Of a stretch of 64,000 nucleotides of DNA, positions 1 through 12,311 are shown in pieces (within the stretch, counting starts at the first letter, position 1; every line of letters begins with the position of its first letter). The notes under the pieces are model-generated. The model did not search any database and was not told where the DNA came from. It worked only from the letters and a program-made list of their open reading frames with translations. The translations under genes were made by a program, and so were the position numbers. Source of the DNA: Azolla caroliniana (lineage: Eukaryota; Plantae; Polypodiophyta); assembly GCA_043228905.1 (NCBI GenBank), contig JBHGNT010000001.1, positions 34,348,001-34,412,000 of the forward strand, written 5' to 3'.

Positions 1-2906
1 ATTTCAACCTGTAAAACCTAACAAGGTTGTAATCAACATACATGCACACAGATAGAAAGAAACTTTTCTAATTGCTGCCCGCCCTCAGTATTGGAAAGAG
101 AAGGACCTAACTGCATTATCCTTCTTCTGCTCTTTTGGTCTTATCCTGAGGCCTACAATTTTGCTCCACACCCCTAAGCCAGCCCCTCCCTAAGAAAATA
201 AAGAAAGCAGTTATAAATGGGTTTTAACCAAACATCTACTGTATGTGTCGTATATGTATCTGTAAGGTGTGGTAGGTGAGGCGTTTCATGTAAATAAACT
301 CTACAATACACGATGACTGAGACATAATACAAATGTTGTCTCTGAATATCTGTATACGTTGGATAATCAAGCTGTTAACTTCAGTTCAAATATACGATGA
401 AGCATTGCACTCAGTTTTTTCTTGAAGTTGTCTGTGAATCTGTTTGGGAGAGCAAAAAGTTTTCAGTTTTCAGCCCTTGTGCTTTCACTGTTGGTTCTAA
501 GATGAGGATAAAGCTACCAAGTCTCTCAAGTCATTAATCTAGAGGCAAGGACGTGACTCATCTGATGATTGTTTATTATTGCTCAAGGCATATTCTACAG
601 CAAGCTGAAAGAGCTCGTGCCTGTAAGTTGTGCATGTTGAGGGTATGTATTTTGGAATGCTTTCAGTCCAACCCAAATAACTACTGTTCATAGCTGTGTT
701 CAATGTCGTATCTTTTGATGATCCTTTCCTAATGTCCATGGTTTTTTCTATGTTCAATGTACATCCTAAATGAAAATGCATGTCCATAGTTTTGCTCAAT
801 CATTGATCTAAATGAAACAACAAATGCCTCATCAGTTTTGTTCAATGGATTTACATATTATGGTACCATTAGAGTGAATAGTGTTTATTTATAAAACGAA
901 ACCTTCAAGTGGATGAGATTTGTAAAATGAGGAGTTGAGAACAATATATGTCTGAGAGACATTTTAAAATGAGGTTTGTGAAATGAATAGTTGAGAACAG
1001 TATGTGAGTATGAGAGACATGTTAAAAACAGAGATAATCCCAAGCACCTCTTCCAGAACATGTTCTAAGAAAGTATTTATATATGAGAGACCTCGTTTCT
1101 TTTTTGGATAAATCTTCTCTTTAATTTTTCCCCCCGGGGATAGATGGACCATTTTGTGAAGTACTATCTTGTGTGTTTGATGAAGAAATGAATGTTATGC
1201 ATTGTTTGTTAATATGTTGCTGCATTTGATCATCTGTGTAAACAAAGTTTGGGAAAAGGGTTTGTGGAAGTCTTGAAAGAGTAATAAAGGATTGGAGCGT
1301 ATATTGATTGAGAGCATGAATACCTCACTTGTAATGCTTTTGCGGCTGAAGAACATGAAAGGACATTTAATGAAACAACAAAACAAAGTAGTTACTTTTA
1401 CCTGAGGTGGAAAGTAAGAAACGTTTGATGATCGGAGGCACATTTAAGTTGGATTAAGGTCATTCGAGCCTCAATCATATCGTTCGTGAGAATTGAGATA
1501 TAATGTGAAATATGAGCATGATCAACAGCGTGGTAGAAATTAATGTTGGAAGCCAGAAGAAAGATCGATATCCAAATGGTTTGTGATCTTGTAGACGGCT
1601 ATTTATTAGCAATATTCTTTCTCAATGGGAAAGAATGATTATTGGAAATATGTCAAATTGAATGTCAATTCTGTAAAGCCACTCATTTATGAGAAAATGG
1701 ATGGGTGTGTGAAACTGAAATTGATGATAATCACGACACCAAACCCAATACACGGGAACAATTGGTGTGTATGATCGATCACAATCTAAGATTCTGATAG
1801 CACGATCATCAAAACATTCCCCAACATGTACTACATATTTTGTGTGTAAGAACTTAATTTATTGTTAAGGCTGAATATGTAGCATGAAATTTTTGCTGAA
1901 CTTTACTTATCTTAAAAAATGTTTGAGTCGCTGGTCTATTTTGCATCTCTCTTTGAAAGGTTAAAATTCACTATTGCATGTAGGAACGACAGAATGCATC
2001 AAAAATTTGCTTTTTGTGTCCGGTTTAATGCATCTCACTTCGTTAATAGGAAGACATGCTCCAAATGAAAGTTGATGAATGTGAGAGAAGACATCGATCT
2101 CTCTTGCACTGCTTTTGAATTTATATTGGGGTTCATTAACCCTAGTGGAAAGCCATACTTCACCCGGTTCATATCCCACAAATTTACCAACTGACATTTG
2201 CGAAATGCAGGGGTGAAAACTTTAACAGCCTTTCTCTTACATAAAGGAATACACCTAAGGACGTGTGGGAGGAATGGTATACCATGTCTAATAATTTAAG
2301 TTCAGATCCCAACTGTCATGGAATTGTATGTATGTTACCGATCCATGGAATCATATGTTACCATTACCCAAGAGAACCGAAGGGTTGGGCATTATGCATT
2401 ATTTTAAAATTCTATATTCTTTTGTATTGATCATGCAGCCCCATTTATCTGTATTCTGATAGGATATGTTGAACTACATTAGGCCCAATTCCCTGTTAGA
2501 GGATATTGTACTCTATAAGATGATGTGACTATATACATACCCCGAAAGGCTAATTATTAATCATGTACATGTTCCTTTTACGTATTCATCTTCTAAATTC
2601 AGATCATATACGATCTGTTTCTCTCAATTAACAAAGGGTGACTGCCTGTTTATTCATCACCTCAACAGGCGATGAAATGATCAGCTCTGAGACATACATT
2701 TCTCGTCTGGTGGGAAGCTGTGGTGGTGCGGCAAGCTTCCACCCATCAACGTGCGCTAGCACCTAGGAGCTCACCATTAAAAGTTGGGAAATCAATTACT
2801 ACGCTGATCATGGATGATCATCATCATTGAGAATACACTCTACCCCACCGGCATCTCGAATTATGACACTGTCGTGAGATGATCACCAGCTCATTACATT
2901 AGTTCC

Positions 2907-4610
2907 ATGGATCAGCCACCAATGAATTCCACACAATGTGGGATCTACTGGGAGAGTGACGACTTTGGTAACACGAGACATTCAGCCCATGCCGCTAGCA
3001 CGTGCTCTCGGAAACATCTAGGAGAATATCTCAGCCCAATTTCAACAATGAATGTCCAAGAAATTCGAAAGGATGTCAAACCTTTTGGGCCAGAGACTCA
3101 TGAGTATCATGTATCGTCCTCTAGTAACCCATTGAGTCTTATTCATACATGCAGATCAAAAGGCACCTCATTCAAAACAGAGGCTACAAAGCATTGTGGG
3201 AGAAATGAAATAAAGATCCATGGAGACCATCTTAGATGTGAGGGTTGTTTAATTCCAGGGGGTAAGTTTAATGTCAATGCATTAACGAATTCTCACAAAA
3301 ACCCGAAATTAAGTCTCCAATGTACATTGAGGTCATGGTTTAAATCCATCAAGAAGAAGGGCACTCTGCATCCAGCTTCATCAATATTGTGCACATGCCA
3401 AGTAGTACATGACACTGCGATCAAATCCAAATCCAATACACATTCTGAGATAATATCTTCTCATAAGGGGGAAGCAACATCGAGCCATAAGGATGATGAA
3501 CAAATAGAATTAGACTTGACTTTAAATTCTGTCCATGAAGACGCAGTGTCTGGTACTGAGCGGGAACATAGAGATGTGACAATCGCAGAGATCTTTAAGC
3601 TCAAAAGGGTCGTGCAAGAGATGGAAAGCAAACTCGAGCAGCTGGAGAACAAGTATAAACTCCAATATACACCAGCAGCATTACAAAGTGAAAAAACAAA
3701 CGCATCAACCAACAACAGATTTAGCATCACAGTTGAAGAAGCTGCATTGTCTGATGGCCTGGTGGGTAGTATTTATGATCAGGTGCCTTGGATTAATATA
3801 TCATCTGATTCTTGGCCAGGTACTCTGCTAGAGCCCACAAAGGAGGAGTTTTGTAATGCGGTGGTGGAGGCGAGAATAGGGGTGAAGCAAATGTGCAGAG
3901 CTCTGATGCAGGACCAAGCAGGCATCCACAAACTAGACGCCTTACTGCAAGAACTTCATGCTGATTATGTGAATATCAATCGTCGTATTGGATCTGTTAA
4001 GGCTGTGAAGTATCATCTGGAGTCTTTGTTCAACCAAGTCTTTTATGAAGACTTTGAGAACATAGAGTTCAGAAAGAGTGGCAGCAGCCAGATCCATTGC
4101 ATGTTGGAACCAAGGCAACGGTCACTAACTTTCTACAGGACTTACACAAGCTTGTTGCAGGTGGGGTGGGACGAACTGTTGATATACAGAGGTGAATCCA
4201 GTTCCAATGCCTACAGTGAGAGCTTTGATGAGTTCTGCAATGAGAAGATGAACAAAATTGCAGACAAAGTGTTGCACTGGGAGATCGGGGAGTGGCCAGA
4301 TGAGGTTGCAAAGTCCTTCTTTATTGCAGCCAGGTGGATATGGATGCTTCACCTACTAGCCTTCTCTTTCCAGTACCCTGCTACAATTTTCCGGGTGGGC
4401 ACTGAATCCCACTTTGATCCTCGTTACATGGAAGCGCTTCCCTACGCTCGTGATCAGCATGGCAAATTCTGGCTGAACCATCAACAACATCATTGTGCTA
4501 CATTGGAGCATCATGATTTTGTAAAGATATTAGCCATGGTCATGCCAGGCTTCTTTCTGATGAACCATAGGATTATCAGATGCAAGGTCATGATCTGCTC
4601 ATCTGGCTGA
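2907..4610 (+). CDS. IRK-interacting protein-like (IRKI/GIL1 family), 567 aa, intronless
   Basis: The C-terminal half matches the IRKI family pattern: coiled coil (IAEIFKLKRVVQEMESKLEQLE), YHLESLFNQVFYEDFEN, WDELL..G...YSESFDEFCNEKM, WPDE..KSFFIAARWIWMLHLLAFSF, IFRV....FDPRYME, MVMPGF....IIRCKV. The N-terminus is divergent and the start codon is uncertain. Confidence 0.85.
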   Translation: MDQPPMNSTQCGIYWESDDFGNTRHSAHAASTCSRKHLGEYLSPISTMNVQEIRKDVKPFGPETHEYHVSSSSNPLSLIHTCRSKGTSFKTEATKHCGRNEIKIHGDHLRCEGCLIPGGKFNVNALTNSHKNPKLSLQCTLRSWFKSIKKKGTLHPASSILCTCQVVHDTAIKSKSNTHSEIISSHKGEATSSHKDDEQIELDLTLNSVHEDAVSGTEREHRDVTIAEIFKLKRVVQEMESKLEQLENKYKLQYTPAALQSEKTNASTNNRFSITVEEAALSDGLVGSIYDQVPWINISSDSWPGTLLEPTKEEFCNAVVEARIGVKQMCRALMQDQAGIHKLDALLQELHADYVNINRRIGSVKAVKYHLESLFNQVFYEDFENIEFRKSGSSQIHCMLEPRQRSLTFYRTYTSLLQVGWDELLIYRGESSSNAYSESFDEFCNEKMNKIADKVLHWEIGEWPDEVAKSFFIAARWIWMLHLLAFSFQYPATIFRVGTESHFDPRYMEALPYARDQHGKFWLNHQQHHCATLEHHDFVKILAMVMPGFFLMNHRIIRCKVMICSSG

Positions 4611-5439
4611 GAAAAAACAGTTATTCAATATCCTCTTTGTGGTCTATCAAGACATCCACATCACTCTCCATCACTATGGTTGCTCTTTTTTGTTAGCATT
4701 TTATCTCGTTAAAAACCTAAGCTTTTATTTTAGGGTGAAAAAAGCAAGTGTGCTCACAACTGTTTTAAATTAGCATTGTCTTTGAAAGCCTATTGTTTTG
4801 AGAGCCTGACGTTTGAAAAGTTTTTGTTAAAGAAGAGAGTATTCAGATAATTGAGTAGAGTTTGGTTCTTCTGATTGTAATGCTTCTTTTCCAAAGTTAA
4901 GAATATTTGAGAGAGAAGAGGTAAATGGATGCATATTTTTAGCTCCAGACGTATGATTTTACCTTAACATTGAATATGGTGTCTATCACACCACTCTACA
5001 TATTGTGTCCATATTCCATGCTAAAGATATAAAGCAAGGAAGAGGGATAGTTAAACCAATCAAAGCTTGCTGCTTCACCCAGCTGAGAGATAATCCCCCT
5101 GATCTAAGATACCATCACATTCAAAAAGATAGAATTTATTGGCACTCACACTGGTCATGTCTACTAGTAGTTTTTATTCAGAATCTGATAGAAACTAAAC
5201 AGTGACTGGGGTTCAATGCCATACCTTTATTCAAATTAATAAAAGATTACTCTTTCTCCATACCATGAAGATCCGTCTTCATCAAGAAATATGAGAATAG
5301 AAAGACCATGATCGTAGGAATATACAAATTTTAAAAATTATCTCACAATACTAGAGTTCCATTTCCATAAAAACAAGTACAACAATTGGCTTGATATCCG
5401 AACATTCAACATATGTTTATCAAGTTCTTTACCAGATAC

Positions 5440-5800
5440 ACCAACACTGTCGCACACATTTGGACAACAAGGGCTGTCCAGGCGCAAGATCTACAGAATG
5501 GCTACTTCTTCATTGCTTACACCTCTGAACCCTGCAAGAGCGACTCCACCATCGTTACCCTCCCTCATCTCCATTAACTGCAGTTACTGGGAGTATGACT
5601 TGACTTTAATGAGAAACTTCTCAAGCAGGTGACTAAGATTTCCGGAGAGCATCATCCACAAGCTAGGAGATTTAAGACGTAGATATTACAGGAAAATTGA
5701 GGAAATCATCATTTGTCTTCAGCATCAACCTTCAAAAGGACCTTGGATGAGAAGGAGATATTGAATATACTGCGAGATAGATGCAAGCTACTCTAGAAGC
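5440..5800 (+). mobile_element. Probable decayed LINE ORF1 (DUF4283-like) remnant
   Basis: Broken frames give ..VQAQDLQNGYFFIAYTSEP.. and ..LKQVTKISGE.., which resemble the plant L1 ORF1 'DLGNGYFL..F' region. Stops and frameshifts are present and no TSD was found. Confidence 0.35.
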
Positions 5801-6645
5801 ATTATTTTATGGCTTGATTGACACAATGAAGGCATTCTCTATTCTTCTACAAACTGATCCATATGTAAGCTATCACTCCCCAACCCTAGCATGATCCACA
5901 TATAGCTCCCTTATATGCCTCTGGATGACTAGCTCTGCAAATATAGTATCTTGTATCACAGAGCCTCTTAGTCCTATTGTACAAAATAAGTAAAAGGTTT
6001 ACAAATTCTATATTAGTTTCACATATATATTTCTTGCAAACATGCAAATACATTTTATGACACGAAAATATATAATACCAGGGTTAGATTTTTCATTCCT
6101 TACAAGGATACATTTTAGGTTTTAACTTTTAGGTTCAGTCTCAACTCTATGGAATTTTCTGTTTTATGGACACGATATTACAAAATATGATGATAGTGAG
6201 CTTTTGGTTTACTTTTACCCATACAGAGACATTGATGCAATGACCTAGCTCAAGCCATATCCATCATGGAATGTATCATGAGATCAAGCCATACGGCAGC
6301 CTGCAACCTGACTTGAAAACCGTGCATGGGATACTTGCATCCTTTAGTTCATTTCTGGGATATGTTTTTTGCAAAAGATCGGGCCATCTGTGCCAACCTG
6401 AATCCTACAATTTGCAACACATGATGGTTAAAGAATCCTCTTACAATTTACAATACACACAAGTATACAGGAAGCTTGGAGGAGTAAATTTCAAAAGAAT
6501 ACCTGACTAGCACCCCAAAATTTCCATCAGCCTCTCTAGTCACCTCATCATATCCATCCAATGCAAACCCCAATCATTTATATTGCTATTTGGTCCGGTT
6601 CATGATCATTGACTGTCCATCATTTCTTTGAGTTTGTCTATTATT

Positions 6646-9600
6646 TCAAATTTGTAGTTTCCTATATTCCATTGGTACTAAAGCATTCTCCAATATATGA
6701 CTTTCAGCATACATGCTTGACAGCAGCGCATATCCTGCTATTGTATCAGAATCCAATTTGATAGCTTCATTCAAGCACAATTTTCCCATATTTATATTGC
6801 CAAAGCATCTACATGCTATCAATAAGGTCATCCAACTACACGTATCCGCTGCTATTGGCATTGTTCGAAGCATCAACTCAGCCTCTTTAAGACAACCAGA
6901 TTGCCCAAGGAGTTGAACCATGCAATTATAATGCTCAATACTTGGTTGAATGCCATATTGATCCTTCATCAAATTGAAGTAATCATACCCTTCTTCAATG
7001 TTTCCTGCATGACTACAAGCTGACAAAATACTAGTAAATGCAGCATCAACTGGAATTAATCCCTGTTGTTCCATCTGTTTCAGGCAATGCCCTGCTACTG
7101 TGTGTATACCATGTAGAGAATATGCCGAGATCAATGAAGTCCAAGAAACCACATCATGAAATGGCCGTATATTGAACATCCGGTGAGACTCTTCCAAATT
7201 TCCACATGCTGCATACACGATAATGAGCAAATTGCCTATGGCAACATCTGAATCAAATCCATTTCTTATAAGTTGATCATGTATCAGACTTGCCTGTTTC
7301 ACAGCTCCCATCGATCCACAGGTTTTTAGCATGCAAAGAGCTGTGACTTTGTCAGCTTTAATCCCTTCTGCTTGCATTTTTTCAAAGACTTTGAAGGCTG
7401 AAAAACCTTTATTATTCCGCACATACCCAGAAATCATTGTGTTGTAAGACACCACATCTCGATTATGTTGCTTAGAAAAGACTCTGAATGCTTCTTCCAG
7501 GTTTCCACATCTAACATACATGTCAATCAGAGAGTTCCCAAGGATGGAATCCACATCAATCCTGCTTTGCAAAAGCTTTCTGTGCACCACCTTGCCTTGT
7601 TCCAATGATCCTATAGCACTGCACGCTTTCAAAATACATATAAACGTTACATTATTAGGTTCAACATCTTTTTTCACCATCTCCTGAAAAAGTCTGATAG
7701 CTACACCCCCATGTCCCTGCTCAACAAGGCCTCCAAGAATTGTATTCCATGCCACTATATCTTGATAACTGAGTTTATCTAGAACTGATTTAGCATCTTC
7801 AAATTCTCCACATTTGCTGTACATATCCACAAGGGTATTGCCAATTACTATATCAAGAGCATATCCATTCTCACAAGCCTGGCAATGTATAACTCTGCCT
7901 TGCCCTATGTCTCTCATACAAGCACATACATTAAGAACACAAGAAAAGGAAGCTTCATTTGGACTAAGGTTCTCTTGCAGCAATATTTTAAAAAGCTTGA
8001 GGGCACAATGGTTAAATCCTTGCTGGGAGTATCCAGCAATCATTACATTCCACGTTTTTAAATCTCGTTTTTGAGAACCTGCAAACAGTACATTGGCATC
8101 TTCAAGGCTCCCACATTTTGCATACATGTAAATAAGTGTATTTTCAAGGGTTACATCAAATTGAAGATTTCTAGTGATAATATCTTTATGAATTAGCCTA
8201 CCATGATGTATGCCTCGCATATTACCACAAACCTTGAGGACACAAGAAAGCAGAATTGTGTTCAACTCCAATCCCTCCTTTAGCATTTCAGAATAAAGAT
8301 GAATAGCATGAGAACCACATTCGAGTTGGCTGCATCCCGTGATCATTGTACCCCATGAAATGGCATCCCGACACTCCATGGAATCAAAAAATTTGCCAGC
8401 TTCAGAAGAGCATCCACATTTTAGATACATATTTAATAGAGCATTTGCAAGAGCAATGTCAACATGAAGCCCTTTATTGATTACCCAGTCATGTAGCACC
8501 ATTCCTTGATCTACATTACCCATATTCTCACAAGCTTTTAGTATGCATAAAAATGTGACCTTGTCAGGTTCAACTTCCTCTTGCAACAATTTATGGAAGT
8601 AATTCAACACAAGATTATAATGTTCTTGCTGTAAATAACCTGTGATTATTGTATTCCAAGAAACCACATTTCTGGTGCTGGCTATCTCATTGAATACTTT
8701 ACATGCATCCTCAAAGTTTCCGTATTCTGCATACATATGCACAAGGGCATTGCTTACAGCTAAATCCTGAGCGTAACCTTGTTTAAGTATGTTGCTATGT
8801 AGCATTCTACCTTGACTTAAGGTTTCTGACGTGCTACATGCATTTATAATACAAGGTAAGGTGACATTGTCGGGATTTATGCCTTCCTCTTGCATTCTAT
8901 GGAAAAGCAGCACAGCAAACTCACTGGAACCATGTTGAACATATCCATTTATCAGAGCATTCCATGTCACCACGTTCTTTTCATCTAATCGGTCAAATAA
9001 ATTACAGGCATCCTCTAATCTTCCAAACTTCCCATACATATCCACGAGGGTGTTTCCAACGATTATATCTAGTAGTAAACCACTTCTAATGAGGTGATCA
9101 TATATAAGGTCACCCTGTTGTTTGGCTCCTACGCTGCCACATGCACTCAAAAGGCTTGAAAATGTCACTTTGTCTGGTTCAATTCCATCTTTAACCATCC
9201 TTTTGAAATGGTCATAAGCAAGATGGCCATATCCTTGCTGAGAAAGACCTGAAATTAGAACATTCCATGAAATGATGTTCCTCGTGTTTAGTGCCTCAAA
9301 AACTCTGCATGCTTCCTCTAACCTCTTGCACTTCACATACATGTCAACAAGAGAAGTTCCAATTGACACATCTGACTCAAATGCAGCTCTGATACACAAG
9401 TCATGTGTGACTTCACCTCTTAGTAAGAACCCTACATTGCCACATGCCTTCAAAATACACAAAAGAGTGATTGATGAGGGCTCGATGCCATTCTCAATCA
9501 CTCTGTCAAAAAGATTCAAAGCAGAAAGGCATTGACCCTGCTCAATAAGACCAGATATCAGTGTATTACAAGCTATAATATTCATATTTGGAGTTTCCTC

Positions 9601-10239
9601 AAACACCTGCCATGCTGCACTAAGATCCCCACATTTTGTATACATGTCAATTAGGGTGGTTGACATGATGGCGTCCACTTCAACCTGACTTTTTATAATT
9701 TGCTCGTGCATTGCCCTCCCTTGCATGAGCTCACCAATGTCACCACATGCCTTCGCAATGCATGAGTAGACAAACTTGTTGGGCTGTAAATTCTCCTTTT
9801 GCATTTGGTGAAACAACTCGAGCACATTCTTGCTCTGCCCCAGCACACTGTGAGCTGAAATGATTGCATGCCATGTATGTAAACTAGGCTTCTTTATATT
9901 GCAGAAGGTTAAGGAAGCCTCTAATAAGTGCCCATAACGCGCAAAAGCCCTCACCAGATGATCTCCCAATGCAGCATGCTCATCGAGTTCAGTGCTGATC
10001 AGCAGAAGGTGCAAATGCCTGTAGGATGCTGAATCGGAGTCTTTCTTTCCATGGCTATTACACAGAATGTTATACAGACAGTTGCGGGACAAAGATTCCC
10101 CTCTAATGTGTAATAACTGCAGGGATTGAAGCTCTTTGTGGAGTCCTAACCTAGCTACTGTAGCAAAATGTCTCGAGTTCTGAAGACTTTTAGAGGTGAG
10201 AGAGACTAGCTGGAGCCGGTGCAAGAAGGTCATGGTCAT
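6646..10239 (-). CDS. PLS-class pentatricopeptide repeat protein with E1/E2 domains and no DYW (organellar RNA-editing specificity factor), 1197 aa, intronless
   Basis: Roughly 30 tandem P-L-S motifs (e.g. VVTWNALINGYVQHG, VTFLCILKAC, GNTLVDMYSKCG). The C-terminus SACSHAG..EEG..YF..M...YGI.PSIEHYNCMV.LLG.SG.L.EA is followed by E1/E2, and the ORF stops before any PG box or DYW. The N-terminus is Arg/Ser/Leu-rich and transit-peptide-like. Confidence 0.95.
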   Translation of the reverse strand: MTMTFLHRLQLVSLTSKSLQNSRHFATVARLGLHKELQSLQLLHIRGESLSRNCLYNILCNSHGKKDSDSASYRHLHLLLISTELDEHAALGDHLVRAFARYGHLLEASLTFCNIKKPSLHTWHAIISAHSVLGQSKNVLELFHQMQKENLQPNKFVYSCIAKACGDIGELMQGRAMHEQIIKSQVEVDAIMSTTLIDMYTKCGDLSAAWQVFEETPNMNIIACNTLISGLIEQGQCLSALNLFDRVIENGIEPSSITLLCILKACGNVGFLLRGEVTHDLCIRAAFESDVSIGTSLVDMYVKCKRLEEACRVFEALNTRNIISWNVLISGLSQQGYGHLAYDHFKRMVKDGIEPDKVTFSSLLSACGSVGAKQQGDLIYDHLIRSGLLLDIIVGNTLVDMYGKFGRLEDACNLFDRLDEKNVVTWNALINGYVQHGSSEFAVLLFHRMQEEGINPDNVTLPCIINACSTSETLSQGRMLHSNILKQGYAQDLAVSNALVHMYAEYGNFEDACKVFNEIASTRNVVSWNTIITGYLQQEHYNLVLNYFHKLLQEEVEPDKVTFLCILKACENMGNVDQGMVLHDWVINKGLHVDIALANALLNMYLKCGCSSEAGKFFDSMECRDAISWGTMITGCSQLECGSHAIHLYSEMLKEGLELNTILLSCVLKVCGNMRGIHHGRLIHKDIITRNLQFDVTLENTLIYMYAKCGSLEDANVLFAGSQKRDLKTWNVMIAGYSQQGFNHCALKLFKILLQENLSPNEASFSCVLNVCACMRDIGQGRVIHCQACENGYALDIVIGNTLVDMYSKCGEFEDAKSVLDKLSYQDIVAWNTILGGLVEQGHGGVAIRLFQEMVKKDVEPNNVTFICILKACSAIGSLEQGKVVHRKLLQSRIDVDSILGNSLIDMYVRCGNLEEAFRVFSKQHNRDVVSYNTMISGYVRNNKGFSAFKVFEKMQAEGIKADKVTALCMLKTCGSMGAVKQASLIHDQLIRNGFDSDVAIGNLLIIVYAACGNLEESHRMFNIRPFHDVVSWTSLISAYSLHGIHTVAGHCLKQMEQQGLIPVDAAFTSILSACSHAGNIEEGYDYFNLMKDQYGIQPSIEHYNCMVQLLGQSGCLKEAELMLRTMPIAADTCSWMTLLIACRCFGNINMGKLCLNEAIKLDSDTIAGYALLSSMYAESHILENALVPMEYRKLQI

Positions 10240-10592
10240 GAGGACGATCTAAATATCTACTTTGACCATCTCTTTTATTAAGGTGGCCACCACTGAGATG
10301 GATCCCTACCCTGCGAGGCTGAAAACCCATGGTTTCTCATCCAAGATTCAAGGTATGATGACATCCTTTGATGGCCCAGGATTCCATAAATCCAAATGAG
10401 TATACAGACCATCACCATGTCACTGTTTCTGCGGCATTTTTCTGATGTGTCAGACCCGAAGTTCTAATCTTGGACGACACCTGAATTCATCAAAAGTAAG
10501 CATTCAACTGAGGAAAACTGTCGTCCCCTTCTACAGCCCAATCGCGTGCTGTTTATTTGGCATTCAACTCCAAAATTATCGTATTTACTCAA

Positions 10593-10976
10593 CAGCGGCC
10601 GATTACTTAAGCAAATCCTGAATCGAGCACATTTATTCTTAATCCAGTGTGAGAAGAAAATAAAATTTGGTATGATGGTTATGTTACCCCCTACATAGAT
10701 GACACGTTGATCATGGGAAAGTGGATGGAAGGCATCTTTGCTTCAGAATACGAAGTTGCACCTTAATTCGACGCATTCATAATCAGCGGACGATTACTTA
10801 AGCAAATCCTGAATCGAGCACATTTATTCTTAATCCAGTGTGAGAAGAAAATAAAATTTGGTATGATGGTTATGTTACCCCCTACATAGATGACACGTTG
10901 ATCATGGGAAAGTGGATGGAAGGCATCTTTGCTTCAGAATACGAAGTTGCACCTTAATTCGACACGTTCATAATCA
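10593..10976. repeat. Near-perfect tandem duplication, 191-bp unit x2, upstream of the PPR gene
   Basis: gattacttaagcaaatcc...ccttaattcgac starts at 10601 and again at 10792, with only a few mismatches at the ends. Confidence 0.95.
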
Positions 10977-11164
10977 AAGTAGTATAGAAGCTCATGTCAT
11001 ATACTTAGCGAAGGGAATTAGAGGTATGATGCATGTGGCAGGAGAAGCGGAGATAGTCAAGCAGCCAATTGCGTAGGCAAATGGAAAAGAACACACTCTC
11101 TCCTCTTTTGCTATCTCCCTACTTAATTATTTTAATTAACCATAAACTATGAAGGTATACACCA

Positions 11165-11488
11165 TTAATCTATAATAATCACCCCTTTACCAACTTCCAA
11201 GAGTTTAACCTTTTTGTTAATGAATCTGAAGCTCAAGCCTAATGCTTTAGGAGCTTCATCAACAATCTTGCTTCTTGGAGGCACCATCATTATAGGTTCT
11301 CCATACCCTATGAGCAACTCTCCTTTAATCCTCCCAAGCACATTGATCCAAGGCTTTAAGTTCAACCTTAGCATCTCTTGAATAGGTAGCTTGATATATT
11401 TGGCTAGAATGTGATCAAGACCTTTATTGGTTTGGAAAGGAAGCACATACTCCATTGTAGATTCCTTTGATTTATGTTTTTTGCACAT
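11165..11488 (-). mobile_element. Possible Ty3/gypsy gag-protease remnant
   Basis: The ORF ends ..LLEVGKGVIIID followed by a stop, resembling the approach to a retroviral-type aspartic protease 'IIDxGS' motif. No other domains are visible. Confidence 0.25.
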
Positions 11489-12311
11489 GATTGCTTAGAC
11501 ATTTCTCATTTCAACTCATAATACATTATCATGATTGATCATGTGCACAGATGTCAAAGGTGTGACCAATATGTTAACCTGAAACACAACTCGAATCTAG
11601 AAAGATGGCAGCTTATTAAAATATAGAATCTTATATCAATTCTCAAGATTGATTCAACAGCACCCAAATATTTGTTTCAAATATTTGACAAGAGATGCAG
11701 ACACTCATTCGGAAAACACTGTAAATTCAGTCTTAAAGGTCAGAAAGACTCATCCACCCTTAATATATATGATCTGTCAACCTAGTCTTCAGGACTTCAT
11801 GCAATACAGAGATATTACAGAAAAAATGCTTCCGCTTAGGAGAGGAGAGGGATGTACTAACAATAACATTCATGACTATCAGATAATTGAACGTACAGCA
11901 AAAGTAGTCTGTTAGTTCAACAGAAAGGATAATAGCAAGGTGCCCAATTTTCTGAAAGGAAAGAATCTTGAGAAAAAGTATACTTGAATGGGGCAATGTA
12001 TTAAACCACTAGCACCGCAAATGATGCTCCATATTCTCATGATGGATGCATGAGTCTACAATAAGAGGTCATAATGACAATGCTACAATCAGATACACAT
12101 TATCACATCAGAGACCATGAACCAATCATAACACTTCCAATCATAGCATCATAAGCTGTCAAAACATGACATACCAATTCAAAACAAGAGAAAATAGAAA
12201 TATTATTGATTAGCTTGCAAATGTTGAATATCTAGTAACATAAAATTGAACTGCAGACAACAAAATCAAGCTCCATGCTGAATTAGGCAAGTATTGCTTG
12301 AAGTTGAATTT

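Noticed and set aside
1961-2197. ORF with GKFVGY resembling a copia integrase C-terminal motif, and a PBS-like tggtacc at about 861
   Set aside because: The match is too short, the orientations are inconsistent, and no other pol motifs or paired LTRs could be confirmed.
2494-2633. TGTTA...TAACA segment as a solo LTR
   Set aside because: Only 140 bp long, and the flanks are not a direct repeat (ttccc vs aaggg).
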